Shown piece after piece: positions 17,651-26,996 of a stretch of DNA of 64,000 nt. The notes under the pieces are model-generated. The model had not been told where the DNA came from. It saw only the letters and a list, made by a program, of their open reading frames with translations, and made no database searches. How positions within the stretch are numbered: position 1 is the stretch's first letter; each line of letters begins with the position of its first letter. A program made the position numbers and the translations under genes. This DNA is from a virus. The stretch covers positions 1 to 64,000 of IMG/VR virus record IMGVR_UViG_3300042509_001467. One strand, given 5' to 3'.

Positions 17651-18139
17651 TTACTCGTCGGTGGTCGGTTGCATACTAGACTCTGGAAAGTTCAGGTACG
17701 CAAATGATTTGTGTAGCTCAATCGCTTTGGCGTCGTACACTCTAGCCGCTTCTTCGGCGGTGTCGTATACTCCAAGATATTGCTTCTTATAATCAACCAT
17801 GATTACTGATTGGAATTTTCCGCTCCCCACTTGGGACACTCCGCGAAATCCAGATTTGGATTGCACGGTTCGGTGTCGCTTCCTGCAATTCTCAGCGTTA
17901 GTGCAATTCTGCAAGTTTGCAACCCGATTGTCCAACTTGTCGCCGTTGATATGGTCAGTCTGCAATCCTTCCGGGGTCATGTTGATAACGCGGTGCATCA
18001 TGATCCCGAACCCTGGCTTTACCATGCGATAGGCGTAACCCTTGCCAGTAAGCATCCAAGAGTATCGAGCCAACGGCGCGTACCACTCGTCGTCCACCGT
18101 CACGACTAAATCTGAATTGCTGAGTTTGATATGCTTCAT
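17651..18139 (-). CDS. HNH-AP2 homing endonuclease
   Basis: MHRVI...DHINGDKLDNRVANL HNH domain plus SGFRGVS...YLGVYDTAEEAARVYD AP2 domain. Confidence 0.92.
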   Translation of the reverse strand: MKHIKLSNSDLVVTVDDEWYAPLARYSWMLTGKGYAYRMVKPGFGIMMHRVINMTPEGLQTDHINGDKLDNRVANLQNCTNAENCRKRHRTVQSKSGFRGVSQVGSGKFQSVIMVDYKKQYLGVYDTAEEAARVYDAKAIELHKSFAYLNFPESSMQPTTDE

Positions 18140-18141
18140 GG

Positions 18142-18549
18142 TTAGTCCTCCTGGAAAGGATCGTATTCCTGATCCTGGGCTTTGGCGCGTGGCGCAGCCG
18201 CCGCCTTGCTAGGTGCGCCTTCTCCATCTTTCGGTCGGTCTAGCGATTGCACCGAGTCAGCGACAATCTCAACGACCTCGCGCTCTGATCCATCCTTCGC
18301 CGTGAACTTGCGTGTGGATAGCCGTCCATCAACCGCGACCAGGCGACCCTTACCGACGTACTGGTTCACGAACTCGGCGGTCTTCTCCCATGCGGTTACG
18401 TTGAAGAAGTCCGCATCTGGTGAACCGTCTTGCGGCTTGAATTTCTTCGTGACGGCGACGTTGAAACTCACCACGCTCTTGCCAGTTGCCACTACTCTCA
18501 ATTCTGGGTCACGGGTTAAGCGACCTACGATTACTACTCTGTTTACCAT
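18142..18549 (-). CDS. ssb: Single-stranded DNA-binding protein
   Basis: MVNRVVIVGRLTRDPELR...KGRLVAVDGRL; acidic DPF tail. Confidence 0.95.
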   Translation of the reverse strand: MVNRVVIVGRLTRDPELRVVATGKSVVSFNVAVTKKFKPQDGSPDADFFNVTAWEKTAEFVNQYVGKGRLVAVDGRLSTRKFTAKDGSEREVVEIVADSVQSLDRPKDGEGAPSKAAAAPRAKAQDQEYDPFQED

Positions 18550-18644
18550 GCTTATTTGTATCCTTCGGTTGCCCGATGTAAGTATCTTACCACGTTTTTT
18601 CAAATTGTGGGAGTTTCTTATAAAAATTGTGGTAAATTGTTTTC

Positions 18645-18917
18645 ATGCCGAAAAATAGAATCCTAGAAGCATTTATCGTGAACCCGCTTGAGCCGCGTGA
18701 TACGCCACTGAACCCTGCCATGTCGGTTCGATCCATCCTATTGTATGCCCTGGAGCGAAACTTCGTTGGCGAGCTTCATATCAAGTTTGCCACACGTTCA
18801 GCAGCCAGCTACACCAGAAAGATGCTGATCGGCGTTGAAGAGTTCAAAGGTTTAGAATTTTGGGGGACGAATGAAACTCTTTGCGTCCGAAGACGGTATA
18901 ATAATATCGGCACTTAG
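18645..18917 (+). CDS. Hypothetical protein, divergent from ssb, possibly leaderless
   Basis: TG-N-TAAATT extended -10 lies 6 nt before the ATG; followed by a terminator. Confidence 0.5.
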   Translation: MPKNRILEAFIVNPLEPRDTPLNPAMSVRSILLYALERNFVGELHIKFATRSAASYTRKMLIGVEEFKGLEFWGTNETLCVRRRYNNIGT

Positions 18918-18957
18918 ATTTTTCACCACCAGAAACCAACAACAGCTAGTACCTTGA

Positions 18958-19031
18958 CCCTCGATCTTCGGATCGGGGGTATTTTTTGTGGTTCAGGAGG
19001 CAAAAGGAAACCCCGGTGGATAAAGCCGGGG
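18958..19031. terminator. Pair of convergent intrinsic terminators
   Basis: CCCTCGATC-TTCG-GATCGGGGG followed by a T-rich tract (+); CCCCGG...CCGGGG preceded by AAAAGGAAA (-). Confidence 0.7.
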
Positions 19032-19076
19032 CTGTTATTTAGGATAGACCGCGATGAACGGTTTGAGTATAGCACA

Positions 19077-20522
19077 CTAATTTAGTTCTAGGTATGGGTC
19101 TAGCCAAAATTCATGCCCTTCTCGCATAAGTTCTGGTCGGTTCATCGTATCTTTGATCGTCTCCTTGCCGTAACCCGCGCCTTTGAGCGCGTTCACGATC
19201 ACGTCACGGTGTACTCTCGCCCCTGTTGGCAAGCTATAGAAGAGGCTCTTGACTATATCCCACGGCTTTGCCCTATGATCCGCGCCGTGGAGCCATGCCA
19301 GCCGTCCAAGGCTAATCTCATGCCCGTCAATGTCAATCTTGTCTGAGAGAATCTCAAAGCTGATTGGTTTGGATTGTTTGCCGACGTTACACTTGATATG
19401 CGCGAGGCTCACGATCTTGCTGCTTGAATCGTTCTCAACCTGGACTAAGGTTAGTGCTGATCTTGCAACGTTGAACATCTCCACCGATCCGTAGGGTATC
19501 GCGCTAGATGCGTTGGTTAGTCCTGCCTTGCGGCTTTGTGCGGTCGCCTTAGCGACGTGACCTGCTCCTACCATTGTGCAACCGTGGCGGTGCAAGACCT
19601 GAGCCATGCCATTCATGGCGGTTCGTACTGCGATGTCGGTCTGTGCGCCCCCTGCTTGGACTGCCTTGGCTACAAACTCCCAGAGCGGGTCGAAGTAGCA
19701 GAACTTGATCCTCATGTCGCCTATGAACTGGTCGCAATCTTTGATGCCCTTTGGCGTAAAGCCCTCAAACCATCCAGAGGTCACGGCGACCGTTGCCGGG
19801 TCGCCTCCATGAGCAATTAAGCTCGGCTTAATACGTGACTCGGGGCTATCTTCGTTGCTAATCCACCAGCAATTCATTGGCTCGGCTATTGGTCTGCCTG
19901 GAAAGGGGATACCTGCCGAAAGGCAAGCTATCCAGTGCGAGAGTAAGGTCGTCTTACCAGATTCTCCCTCTGCGCTGAGTAGGGTGATCGCATTCTCGGG
20001 TACGTAGTTTGCAACCAGGAAGTTCTGGGGCTTGGCTACGATCTTGTCAGCGTATACGAATGGAATTGCTTTGCGGGCGTTCGCATTAGCGGTAGCCTCT
20101 ACATTCTTTGCCCCCTCTGTGACAACCCTAAGACTATCCTTAGTCTCAAAACTCGGGTTAATCAGCGAGTCAAGCACCTGGTGTCCGAACTCGTCAATAC
20201 CCCTGCGAGTTGCCTTGTCTTTGACAATCCCGATGTAAGAGGGTAGGTTTTCGGTGCTGACTACGGACTCGGCGCGTAGCAATAGGCTCGGGGTGCCACC
20301 AGTTTGCTCGTACAGCCCCTTCGCCATGAGCCTCGCCTTCATCACTACCATGTCCACAACGACGCCCTCGGCGTCTGCCTCAGCGAAGATGTCAAAGTAC
20401 CATTGGTGCGCCCTCACAAAGAAGTCGGTGGAGGTTAGTTCTTTGAGCGCGGTCTTTGCCGCGCTAGGCGAGAGCATCATGCACCCAAGTACACACATCT
20501 CAGCTTCTTCGGAGTAAATCAA
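19077..20522 (-). CDS. DnaB N-terminal domain fused to a RecA-like AAA (RepA/SF4-type) ATPase
   Basis: EAEMCVLGCMM DnaB-N signature; Walker A AEGESGKTT; ISNED, FDP, GHVAK and GSVE motifs. Confidence 0.8.
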   Translation of the reverse strand: MIYSEEAEMCVLGCMMLSPSAAKTALKELTSTDFFVRAHQWYFDIFAEADAEGVVVDMVVMKARLMAKGLYEQTGGTPSLLLRAESVVSTENLPSYIGIVKDKATRRGIDEFGHQVLDSLINPSFETKDSLRVVTEGAKNVEATANANARKAIPFVYADKIVAKPQNFLVANYVPENAITLLSAEGESGKTTLLSHWIACLSAGIPFPGRPIAEPMNCWWISNEDSPESRIKPSLIAHGGDPATVAVTSGWFEGFTPKGIKDCDQFIGDMRIKFCYFDPLWEFVAKAVQAGGAQTDIAVRTAMNGMAQVLHRHGCTMVGAGHVAKATAQSRKAGLTNASSAIPYGSVEMFNVARSALTLVQVENDSSSKIVSLAHIKCNVGKQSKPISFEILSDKIDIDGHEISLGRLAWLHGADHRAKPWDIVKSLFYSLPTGARVHRDVIVNALKGAGYGKETIKDTMNRPELMREGHEFWLDPYLELN

Positions 20523-22294
20523 CGTCCCGCCTTCTTGTTTTCTAGTAGAGATATGAGTTGGCTTGCCTCGCCCTTGGTCAGCTTTGCAAGTATGCCCTCG
20601 TCCACTTCTTTGAATGATCTAATGTACTTGATCTGGGCGGGGCTTGGGGATTCTTTGCGCCATTTCTGAGCGCGTTTGACTAGCCCGACACAATCAGCCC
20701 ATCTTGCCTTGATCGTCGCCTCCGCCCTGCCAATAGCCTCGTCCACATCCCTGCCAGCAATAAACTCCTGGCTATAATCTTTGCTCTCCATGCGTAAATG
20801 CCATTGCCCCGTCGCATCCTCTCGGAGCGTTGCCGATCTGCCATTGCCGCATGAGAGGTGCATCATCTGAACATCTGCGCTTAGATTGATCCACGAGAGA
20901 CTTGGATTTCCGATCACTTGGTCAGCTACCCTTAGCTCGTCTAAGATTGAAACCTTTTGCAAGGCGTCGGTCAGAGTAGACATATCTAACTCGCGGTGCA
21001 TCAGCACCGCTAATGCCTCCTTGCTTATGTCATCCAGAATCAAGAGTGCATCCGCGGTCTTCTTACCTCTAAGGTCTAGCTTGGGTGGCAACCCTACGAT
21101 CCCGGCGACGGTCGGCGTCTCTTGCTTCACGTCCTCGCCCTCTTCGTCCACAATCTCGATCACGATACACTCAGGTTTGCGGCTATTGCCGATCCTCTGC
21201 AAGCGTGTCTTGATATGTTCGCGTGTTTCTAGCCCATCAATGCAACCTGGCTCGGTTCTTAGACCTCGCCCTACCATCTGGGTATAGAGCGCAAAGCTCT
21301 TGGTTGGTCTTAAAATCAGGACGCACTCACAATTTGGCAGGTCTACACCCTCGGTTGCAATCTCCACGTTGATCAGAACCTTGACGCGGTTCTCACGAAA
21401 GCCCTGCATGACCGCCCTTCGCTCGTCCTTGTGCATCTTGCCATGAACCATCTCAGCGGGTACGCCTTTAAGCTGAAAGCACTCGGTGACTGCCATAGCG
21501 TGTTTGATGTCGCAACAGAAGACGATTGTTTGCTTGCCGTTTGCAACGTCAGCCCATGTATCATAGGCGAGAATGTTCCTCATGTTGACGTTAATCGCCT
21601 CTGAGAGTTGGCTAATGTCGTAGTCGCCCATCAGGGTGCGAACCTTGCGTAAGTCAACGCTTGACTTGCGGCGATACCCTGCGATGTCGCATAGCCACCC
21701 CTCTTTGATCGCGTCGGCTAGGGTCTTGGAGTAGCTGACGACTTGGTATGGGGTTTGATCGTGTCCAAACAGGGCGCGGTTGTCCATCCTATGCGGCGTT
21801 GCCGTGACGCCTATGCTCTGGGTAGAACCGTCTAGGCATCCAGCTTTAAGATAAACCTCTTGGTATGACCTGGCTGCGGATCGGTGCGCCTCGTCTGTCC
21901 AGACCACGCTTGGAGCGAACCGCTCAACAATGTTAGAGTCTGCCCTGCCTACGCTTTGAACGCTGGCTACGCATAGGTCAGCACCAAAGTCGCAACGCTC
22001 TCCTGCGCCATGCTGGGTGACTTTAACCTCGGGTGCTATGCTTTGTACCCTTGACTTGATTTGCTGGATCAGTTCGTCTCTATGGACGATTGCAAGCATC
22101 TTGCCATCGTGCTTATGGCGTTGCATCTGCCACGCCATAACGTTGGTTTTGCCTAAGCCTGTGGCTAGGACTATGAGGCGTCGTTGGAAGCCTTGCTTTC
22201 TTGATTTGTCGTCGGCGTCAATCGCCTCTTGTTGATAATATCTAGGGGTCGCCGCCCTCGGTGCCACTTCTTCGCCAAACAGTCCTGCCATCAT
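20519..22294 (-). CDS. Superfamily 2 DEAH helicase
   Basis: LATGLGKT, DEAH, TATP, TEGVD and QMVGRGLR motifs. Confidence 0.93.
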   Translation of the reverse strand: MMAGLFGEEVAPRAATPRYYQQEAIDADDKSRKQGFQRRLIVLATGLGKTNVMAWQMQRHKHDGKMLAIVHRDELIQQIKSRVQSIAPEVKVTQHGAGERCDFGADLCVASVQSVGRADSNIVERFAPSVVWTDEAHRSAARSYQEVYLKAGCLDGSTQSIGVTATPHRMDNRALFGHDQTPYQVVSYSKTLADAIKEGWLCDIAGYRRKSSVDLRKVRTLMGDYDISQLSEAINVNMRNILAYDTWADVANGKQTIVFCCDIKHAMAVTECFQLKGVPAEMVHGKMHKDERRAVMQGFRENRVKVLINVEIATEGVDLPNCECVLILRPTKSFALYTQMVGRGLRTEPGCIDGLETREHIKTRLQRIGNSRKPECIVIEIVDEEGEDVKQETPTVAGIVGLPPKLDLRGKKTADALLILDDISKEALAVLMHRELDMSTLTDALQKVSILDELRVADQVIGNPSLSWINLSADVQMMHLSCGNGRSATLREDATGQWHLRMESKDYSQEFIAGRDVDEAIGRAEATIKARWADCVGLVKRAQKWRKESPSPAQIKYIRSFKEVDEGILAKLTKGEASQLISLLENKKAGR

Positions 22295-22634
22295 GAATTT
22301 CTATCCTTACCGTTCCTTCTTGTTCTCCTGGCACGTATTCGATTGCCGAACCTGAAACGTACTTCACGTTATCGTCGGGCAATATCCCTGCATTGACCAG
22401 GCTATCCTCCACGATCTTGACCATGTTGCTGAGGTCGCGCCCTTTGTTGACTTTGCCCTCGACTACAATCACGATCTTAACCGGGAGTGATGATTTTGGA
22501 ACGGGGGTAAGGTGCAACTTGAACATCATCGTTGCCTTAGCCCCCCAGTTCCGGTACTCTTCTGATTTAACTCGCCGCCCGTTCTTGAGTGTGATATTCG
22601 CGTGGTTCACGCTCGGGGGCAGCGATAATCTCAC
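22242..22634 (-). CDS. rusA: RusA-like Holliday junction resolvase
   Basis: LPPSVNH; RDLSNMVKIVEDSL...DDN. Confidence 0.85.
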   Translation of the reverse strand: MRLSLPPSVNHANITLKNGRRVKSEEYRNWGAKATMMFKLHLTPVPKSSLPVKIVIVVEGKVNKGRDLSNMVKIVEDSLVNAGILPDDNVKYVSGSAIEYVPGEQEGTVRIEIHDGRTVWRRSGTEGGDP

Positions 22635-23278
22635 TTAGGCGCGACGCCCTCAACCAAGTAGCTCATCACCTGGTCGCGTGTCTTGCAACCTGCTACCTTT
22701 GCCTCGTTAATCAGTGCGTTCGGGGTTGACTTATCGCCAGCTAATTGCTTGATCGCGCCCCATGTCGCCTTGTCGCCTCCTACCTCTTTGGATAGGAACC
22801 AATCGGCTACCGCTTTCGGGTCAAAGGTTGGGAGTGGTGGAGCCTCATGCTCGTCTGAGTCGTCGTCCTCTAGCCTGATCTTAAACTGCTGGATCATGGC
22901 GTACTTGACGCCCTGAGTCCGAGCCTTCTGGATGCACTTGTCATCGGTAGTCATGCACTGACCAGCCGAGAATACAGAGTGTATTTGCCCTGTCTCCACG
23001 CACTCAAAGTCAATCCTTAGCTTGACCATGCAATCGGTACGCTCTTCTGGCGTACCGCTCTTTGACTTGGTGATCTTGACGTAATCCACGTCAAGAATAT
23101 GGTTGGTCGAGATGACGCCCTTATCAATCTCTTGTTGCCTGAGAATAGGCTGAACGTCGTACCAGTGCTGAAATGAGTAAGATACGCCGCCCCCTTCTGC
23201 CTTCTTCTTTGCGACTACATCAAAGTCGCGCTCAATCTCCAGCAGCTTCTTTAAAATCCCCGTGGTCACGTCCATCAA
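22631..23278 (-). CDS. ERF-family single-strand annealing protein
   Basis: YSFQHWYDV, DDKCIQKARTQGVKY, DDDSD; paralog at 57509..58189. Confidence 0.75.
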   Translation of the reverse strand: MMDVTTGILKKLLEIERDFDVVAKKKAEGGGVSYSFQHWYDVQPILRQQEIDKGVISTNHILDVDYVKITKSKSGTPEERTDCMVKLRIDFECVETGQIHSVFSAGQCMTTDDKCIQKARTQGVKYAMIQQFKIRLEDDDSDEHEAPPLPTFDPKAVADWFLSKEVGGDKATWGAIKQLAGDKSTPNALINEAKVAGCKTRDQVMSYLVEGVAPK

Positions 23279-23457
23279 TCCTTCTCCTCCACGTAGGTAG
23301 CGTTAATGCGTTCCACGCTAATGAATGAGACGTGGTTCTTGCCAAACATGACTTGTGTACCGCGTTCGGTCGTAAAGTGCCTTAGTTTTGGGTTGTGCGT
23401 GGCGACGTAGTTGCCTAGTCGCCTTAATGTTTCTTCAAATGTGTATGTTCTATCCAT
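23275..23457 (-). CDS. Hypothetical protein
   Basis: AGGATAG RBS; 4-nt overlap with the downstream gene. Confidence 0.6.
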   Translation of the reverse strand: MDRTYTFEETLRRLGNYVATHNPKLRHFTTERGTQVMFGKNHVSFISVERINATYVEEKD

Positions 23458-23468
23458 GTTCTATCCTC

Positions 23469-23768
23469 TTACGGCCAGGTTCCACCATCAAGTGCCGCCG
23501 TTCGCGTTCCTATTTCTAAAATGTCCGCCTCAAGGGTCGTAATATTGCCCTGGAGGGTCGCAACGTCTGCCTCTAGCGCGGCAATCGTCGTATCCTGATA
23601 GTCAATGACCAGGCTTGCATCTGCGGGGTCAACCGCAAAGATCGCATCGTCAGCCGAGCATACTATTTTACCGTCAACGAACCTCTCAATGCGATACCTA
23701 GTGGCACGATCTGAGCCAACGAAAATCCAATCTCCGACGATCATAGACGCCACCCTGCCTCTCGCCAC
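23469..23768 (-). CDS. Hypothetical protein with C-terminal coiled coil
   Basis: IAALEADVATLQGNITTLEADI heptads. Confidence 0.6.
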   Translation of the reverse strand: MARGRVASMIVGDWIFVGSDRATRYRIERFVDGKIVCSADDAIFAVDPADASLVIDYQDTTIAALEADVATLQGNITTLEADILEIGTRTAALDGGTWP

Positions 23769-24145
23769 TTGGCGATAAGGTTCTGGAAGTGTCCGGCGTC
23801 TTTGACTTTGAGCATATCGGTCATGATCCGGTCTAAGAAGTCATGCGACTCTTCTGCCGTTACCCTCTTCCAGTCCCGCATATTCTCTAGCCCTACTTGC
23901 GGTCGAAAGATAAAGCCCGTATGGGTGCATCTCAGGGTGATTGTGAACTGGTCTGGCTTCGGCATCTTCATCTTGATTGCAACCATTTCGACCCCGGCAA
24001 CCTCAAAAGACTCCATGACCGAGACGGGTATGACCTTAGCCGTGTCCTCCATCCAGTGCAGGTCGCTCACTCTTGGAACGGGCAAGTACGTCAAACCGTA
24101 CTTGCCTAACCCTATCTCACTAATGCCCTTTACGATTCCGTTCAT
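23741..24145 (-). CDS. Hypothetical protein
   Basis: ORF in a tightly packed leftward operon. Confidence 0.6.
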   Translation of the reverse strand: MNGIVKGISEIGLGKYGLTYLPVPRVSDLHWMEDTAKVIPVSVMESFEVAGVEMVAIKMKMPKPDQFTITLRCTHTGFIFRPQVGLENMRDWKRVTAEESHDFLDRIMTDMLKVKDAGHFQNLIAKWREAGWRL

Positions 24146-24552
24146 ATTTGCCCCCCGAATGTGTAATCCACGTTACCACACTTCTCAGCGATCATTGCTA
24201 GTGCTTGCATTAAAACCTGCTCATGCTCTGGCATATCTTTACCTTGTGCGTTATTGACGGTCTTCCACCATTCTGAGTACCTTTGATCTATCGCCCTCAG
24301 TGCGCGTGGCTCAATCGAGCTTAACCTGCATATCTGGTGCGCTGAGATTCCTAGCCCCTGCGCGAGACGGCAAAAGCGGTACTTGAATGGGGTAATGCTA
24401 CGCCTGGCGCGTCTGCTTGCGGTGTTGTGCAGCTCCCACGGGTACTTCTCGTCGGGGTCATTGTGCGGGTGGTGGTTTAAGAATTGCTCCCACTCTCCAT
24501 CATTCATGCTCATGCACAATGCCGTTATGATTTGGTTCGGCATCCCGTTCAT
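24142..24552 (-). CDS. Hypothetical protein, possible HTH
   Basis: LAQGLGISAHQICRL; ATGA overlaps. Confidence 0.55.
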   Translation of the reverse strand: MNGMPNQIITALCMSMNDGEWEQFLNHHPHNDPDEKYPWELHNTASRRARRSITPFKYRFCRLAQGLGISAHQICRLSSIEPRALRAIDQRYSEWWKTVNNAQGKDMPEHEQVLMQALAMIAEKCGNVDYTFGGQI

Positions 24553-25040
24553 TTTATTCTAAGCACCTCCGTTTGCTCTCCGAGCTTGACGCCTGGAACG
24601 TCCTCACCAGCGGCTAGTGCCGCCTTGATTGCCGTCTTGTCCCAAGTCGGCTCCATCTCCTTCATGTACTGGATTGGAATGACCTTTGGGTCTAGAATCT
24701 CCAGCGGTGCGGCTCCTGCCTTGCCTACTGTGAGGGTGAAGCGGTTGGTTTGCACCTTTGGTCTATCTAGTGCGATCATCGCTCCCTTGATCCGCTGCTC
24801 CATGAAGTCGGCTAGTTTTTGCACCGCTTTTGCCTTATCTGCAAAGAATTTGGATTCTGCCTTGAACTTCTCGGCGTCGCTCTCGGCGTTTCGCATGACG
24901 TAAACGCACCCTTCGAGCTTGGTTTCCAGGTCGCCCTCCATGCCCGCCAGGGTGTCGTCGAACGTTTGCTGGTCAATGTCGCCAGCTTCCAGCATGGCGA
25001 CCAGTTGTAGATGTTGCTCTGTTATTTCGTATAGGTTCAT
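24549..25040 (-). CDS. Siphovirus Gp157-family (Gam-like) protein
   Basis: MNLYEIT...DTL...K...DKTAIKAALAAGEDVPGVKL...LRIK. Confidence 0.88.
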   Translation of the reverse strand: MNLYEITEQHLQLVAMLEAGDIDQQTFDDTLAGMEGDLETKLEGCVYVMRNAESDAEKFKAESKFFADKAKAVQKLADFMEQRIKGAMIALDRPKVQTNRFTLTVGKAGAAPLEILDPKVIPIQYMKEMEPTWDKTAIKAALAAGEDVPGVKLGEQTEVLRIK

Positions 25041-25393
25041 AGTGCCTCCTCCTTTATTTTAAGTCCTTTTTCTATCCTCTTAGCGTTGTATGACGCTAGG
25101 CGCGTCCTTGCCTCGTCAATTCCTGCTCTTAGTGCCTCTTGCTCAGTCAAAAATAACCCGTGGCTACGTGCGATCTTTTCTGCCTCGACTTCGCTTGTGC
25201 TTGCTCCAAACATGGTGCTTGCCCCCAGGTTGATTACAAACGCCCAGTTTGCGTTTGATCTCTTATGTATTGCGGTGCAATGCGACTTCTCCACTACGAC
25301 GAAGAAGTGTCCAACTTTTGCAGCGTGGTGCTTGCGGTACTCCTTCTTGGTTGTGGTTCTGAATGTAAATCCTTCAATTGCTTGTGTTTTCAT
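25037..25393 (-). CDS. Hypothetical early protein
   Basis: ORF track; operon overlaps. Confidence 0.6.
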   Translation of the reverse strand: MKTQAIEGFTFRTTTKKEYRKHHAAKVGHFFVVVEKSHCTAIHKRSNANWAFVINLGASTMFGASTSEVEAEKIARSHGLFLTEQEALRAGIDEARTRLASYNAKRIEKGLKIKEEAL

Positions 25394-25536
25394 AGTTCAT
25401 GTTCTCCGATGTATCGTAGAGTCTCCCCGGTTTCCCGGGGTTCTCTTAGGTATTGCAGGGTTGCTGTGATCGTGCCGCAAATTACTGCGAAGAGTGCGAC
25501 CAGTACGATCAGGTCTGTCATTTTTTGGTTTTTCAT
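25390..25536 (-). CDS. 48-aa single-TM protein (not in the ORF track)
   Basis: MKNQKMTDLIVLVALFAVICGTITATLQYLREPRETGETLRYIGEHEL; ATGA overlaps at both ends. Confidence 0.6.
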   Translation of the reverse strand: MKNQKMTDLIVLVALFAVICGTITATLQYLREPRETGETLRYIGEHEL

Positions 25537-25904
25537 GGTTGGGTTTTCTCCGGTTTGTATAGTCCCATAACATAGTTATATTCATCATCGCTGACTGGGA
25601 TATCTTGCTCACTCATATTGTCTAGCCCAAGACATAGGATTGATTGAATCTCTTGCATCACCTCTGGCGGCAGCTTGCCGACATTCTCACCTTCTAACCT
25701 GATTAGAACATTGTCGCCTAACCCAGTCTCATCATGCGGCATATCCCAGTACCCATTAAGGTAGTAATCGTTAGGCTCAAGGCAATACACCCGCACTCCT
25801 GCAGTAATTGCGTCCTGCTCTTCTTCGTCTGATGTAAAGCAGAAGTTCTCGCACTCCTTTTCTTCATGCAGGTACTTGTAGTCGTCAACGTCGTATATTT
25901 TCAT
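25533..25904 (-). CDS. Hypothetical, very acidic early protein
   Basis: D/E-rich ORF. Confidence 0.6.
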   Translation of the reverse strand: MKIYDVDDYKYLHEEKECENFCFTSDEEEQDAITAGVRVYCLEPNDYYLNGYWDMPHDETGLGDNVLIRLEGENVGKLPPEVMQEIQSILCLGLDNMSEQDIPVSDDEYNYVMGLYKPEKTQP

Positions 25905-26317
25905 GCTGGTTCTCCGTTTTGAAACATCTTAAACTCTGCCCCATGGTCCAGGTAATCGAGGCTCTTAGATAAATCCTCCCTGATTTCTGCGTCGTAGTCG
26001 CGCTTAGATTTTACGTGAGATTCAAGGTATGCCCCTTCTGATTTCTCATCAAAATCATATCTAGCGCAGGTCTTGAGTGCCATTTCAAAGCTTCCGAGAT
26101 GCCCGATATGAACGTCAATTACCTCATGTCCGCACTCACGGGTGTAGATGTCTTTTAGCTCAAACGCTTGGCACTTTCCGTCATCGTTTCGCGATATGTA
26201 GTACTTGCCAAACATTAGACAATCGTCTTTAATCTCAACCTGGGTCGTCTTAATACCCATAAGTGCCGTGTACCTTTTTGCGGTGTTGATCTCTTCGTTA
26301 GTAAATGTTTTGTTCAT
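25901..26317 (-). CDS. Hypothetical early protein
   Basis: AGGATAG RBS. Confidence 0.65.
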   Translation of the reverse strand: MNKTFTNEEINTAKRYTALMGIKTTQVEIKDDCLMFGKYYISRNDDGKCQAFELKDIYTRECGHEVIDVHIGHLGSFEMALKTCARYDFDEKSEGAYLESHVKSKRDYDAEIREDLSKSLDYLDHGAEFKMFQNGEPA

Positions 26318-26330
26318 TGTTTTCTATCCT

Positions 26331-26391
26331 GCTATGAGTTCGGCATAGCTCCCTAGAATCTTTGGACTCTAGGCAACCCTGCCGGGGTTGC
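26331..26391 (-). ncRNA. Intergenic triple-hairpin RNA element abutting an RBS
   Basis: GCAACCC/GGGUUGC, CCUAGAGUC/GAUUCUAGG and GCUAUG/CAUAGC stems in tandem, then AGGAUAG. Confidence 0.5.
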
Positions 26392-26398
26392 TTTACTC

Positions 26399-26629
26399 TT
26401 ACTCTACCGGGGCGCACCCTGGCTTATACATCTTTTGCCACGGTTCATGGCGCATAAACCTTTCGGCGTGGTCAATGTTCATGCCCTTAAACATCCGTTT
26501 CTCTTGGTGCATCCAGATTTTGACTAGCCCAGTGCTTCGGTCTACGAATTCCAGCCACCACCCGCCATGTCGTTTGCCCATCCACTCAAGCTGCAATACG
26601 TGAGTATCATTCTGCTCAATGATCGTCAT
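26399..26629 (-). CDS. Hypothetical early protein
   Basis: ORF track; operon overlaps. Confidence 0.6.
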   Translation of the reverse strand: MTIIEQNDTHVLQLEWMGKRHGGWWLEFVDRSTGLVKIWMHQEKRMFKGMNIDHAERFMRHEPWQKMYKPGCAPVE

Positions 26630-26823
26630 AATTTATTCACCATCGCGCTAGGGTCTAGCCACGGGTTGATACCATCCGCATCCGTGACTCTAAACCTTTC
26701 GAATCCTTGATCTATCGCCCATTTCTTAGCCTCTTCGAACCGTGACCCATCGCCGACGGTGATAACATCTTCTGCCCATTCCGGGTCACCCTTTCGGTGT
26801 CCCCATAATACGAATTCTCTCAT
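26626..26823 (-). CDS. Hypothetical early protein
   Basis: ORF track; GGAGG RBS. Confidence 0.6.
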   Translation of the reverse strand: MREFVLWGHRKGDPEWAEDVITVGDGSRFEEAKKWAIDQGFERFRVTDADGINPWLDPSAMVNKL

Positions 26824-26996
26824 AGTTCCATTGCCTCCTGCTCTCTCGATTGTTGCACCAGGTCTGCCGCATCGAAGAGGGGTTGAAATTGGCGCGTCAT
26901 CTCTGCCGCCATTTGGTCATTGATTGCCCTCTTTGCGTCTGCCGGGTTTAACCCGGCATATACGGTCTTTTGGTTTATGATAATCTCAATTCTCAT
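26820..26996 (-). CDS. 58-aa hypothetical early protein (not in the ORF track)
   Basis: MRIEIIINQKTVYAGLNPADAKRAINDQ...; ATGA overlaps at both ends. Confidence 0.55.
   Translation of the reverse strand: MRIEIIINQKTVYAGLNPADAKRAINDQMAAEMTRQFQPLFDAADLVQQSREQEAMEL

Noticed and set aside
26940-26958. TGCCGGGT-TTA-ACCCGGCA hairpin as an intergenic element
   Set aside because: It falls within the 58-aa ORF 26820..26996 and has no further supporting structure.
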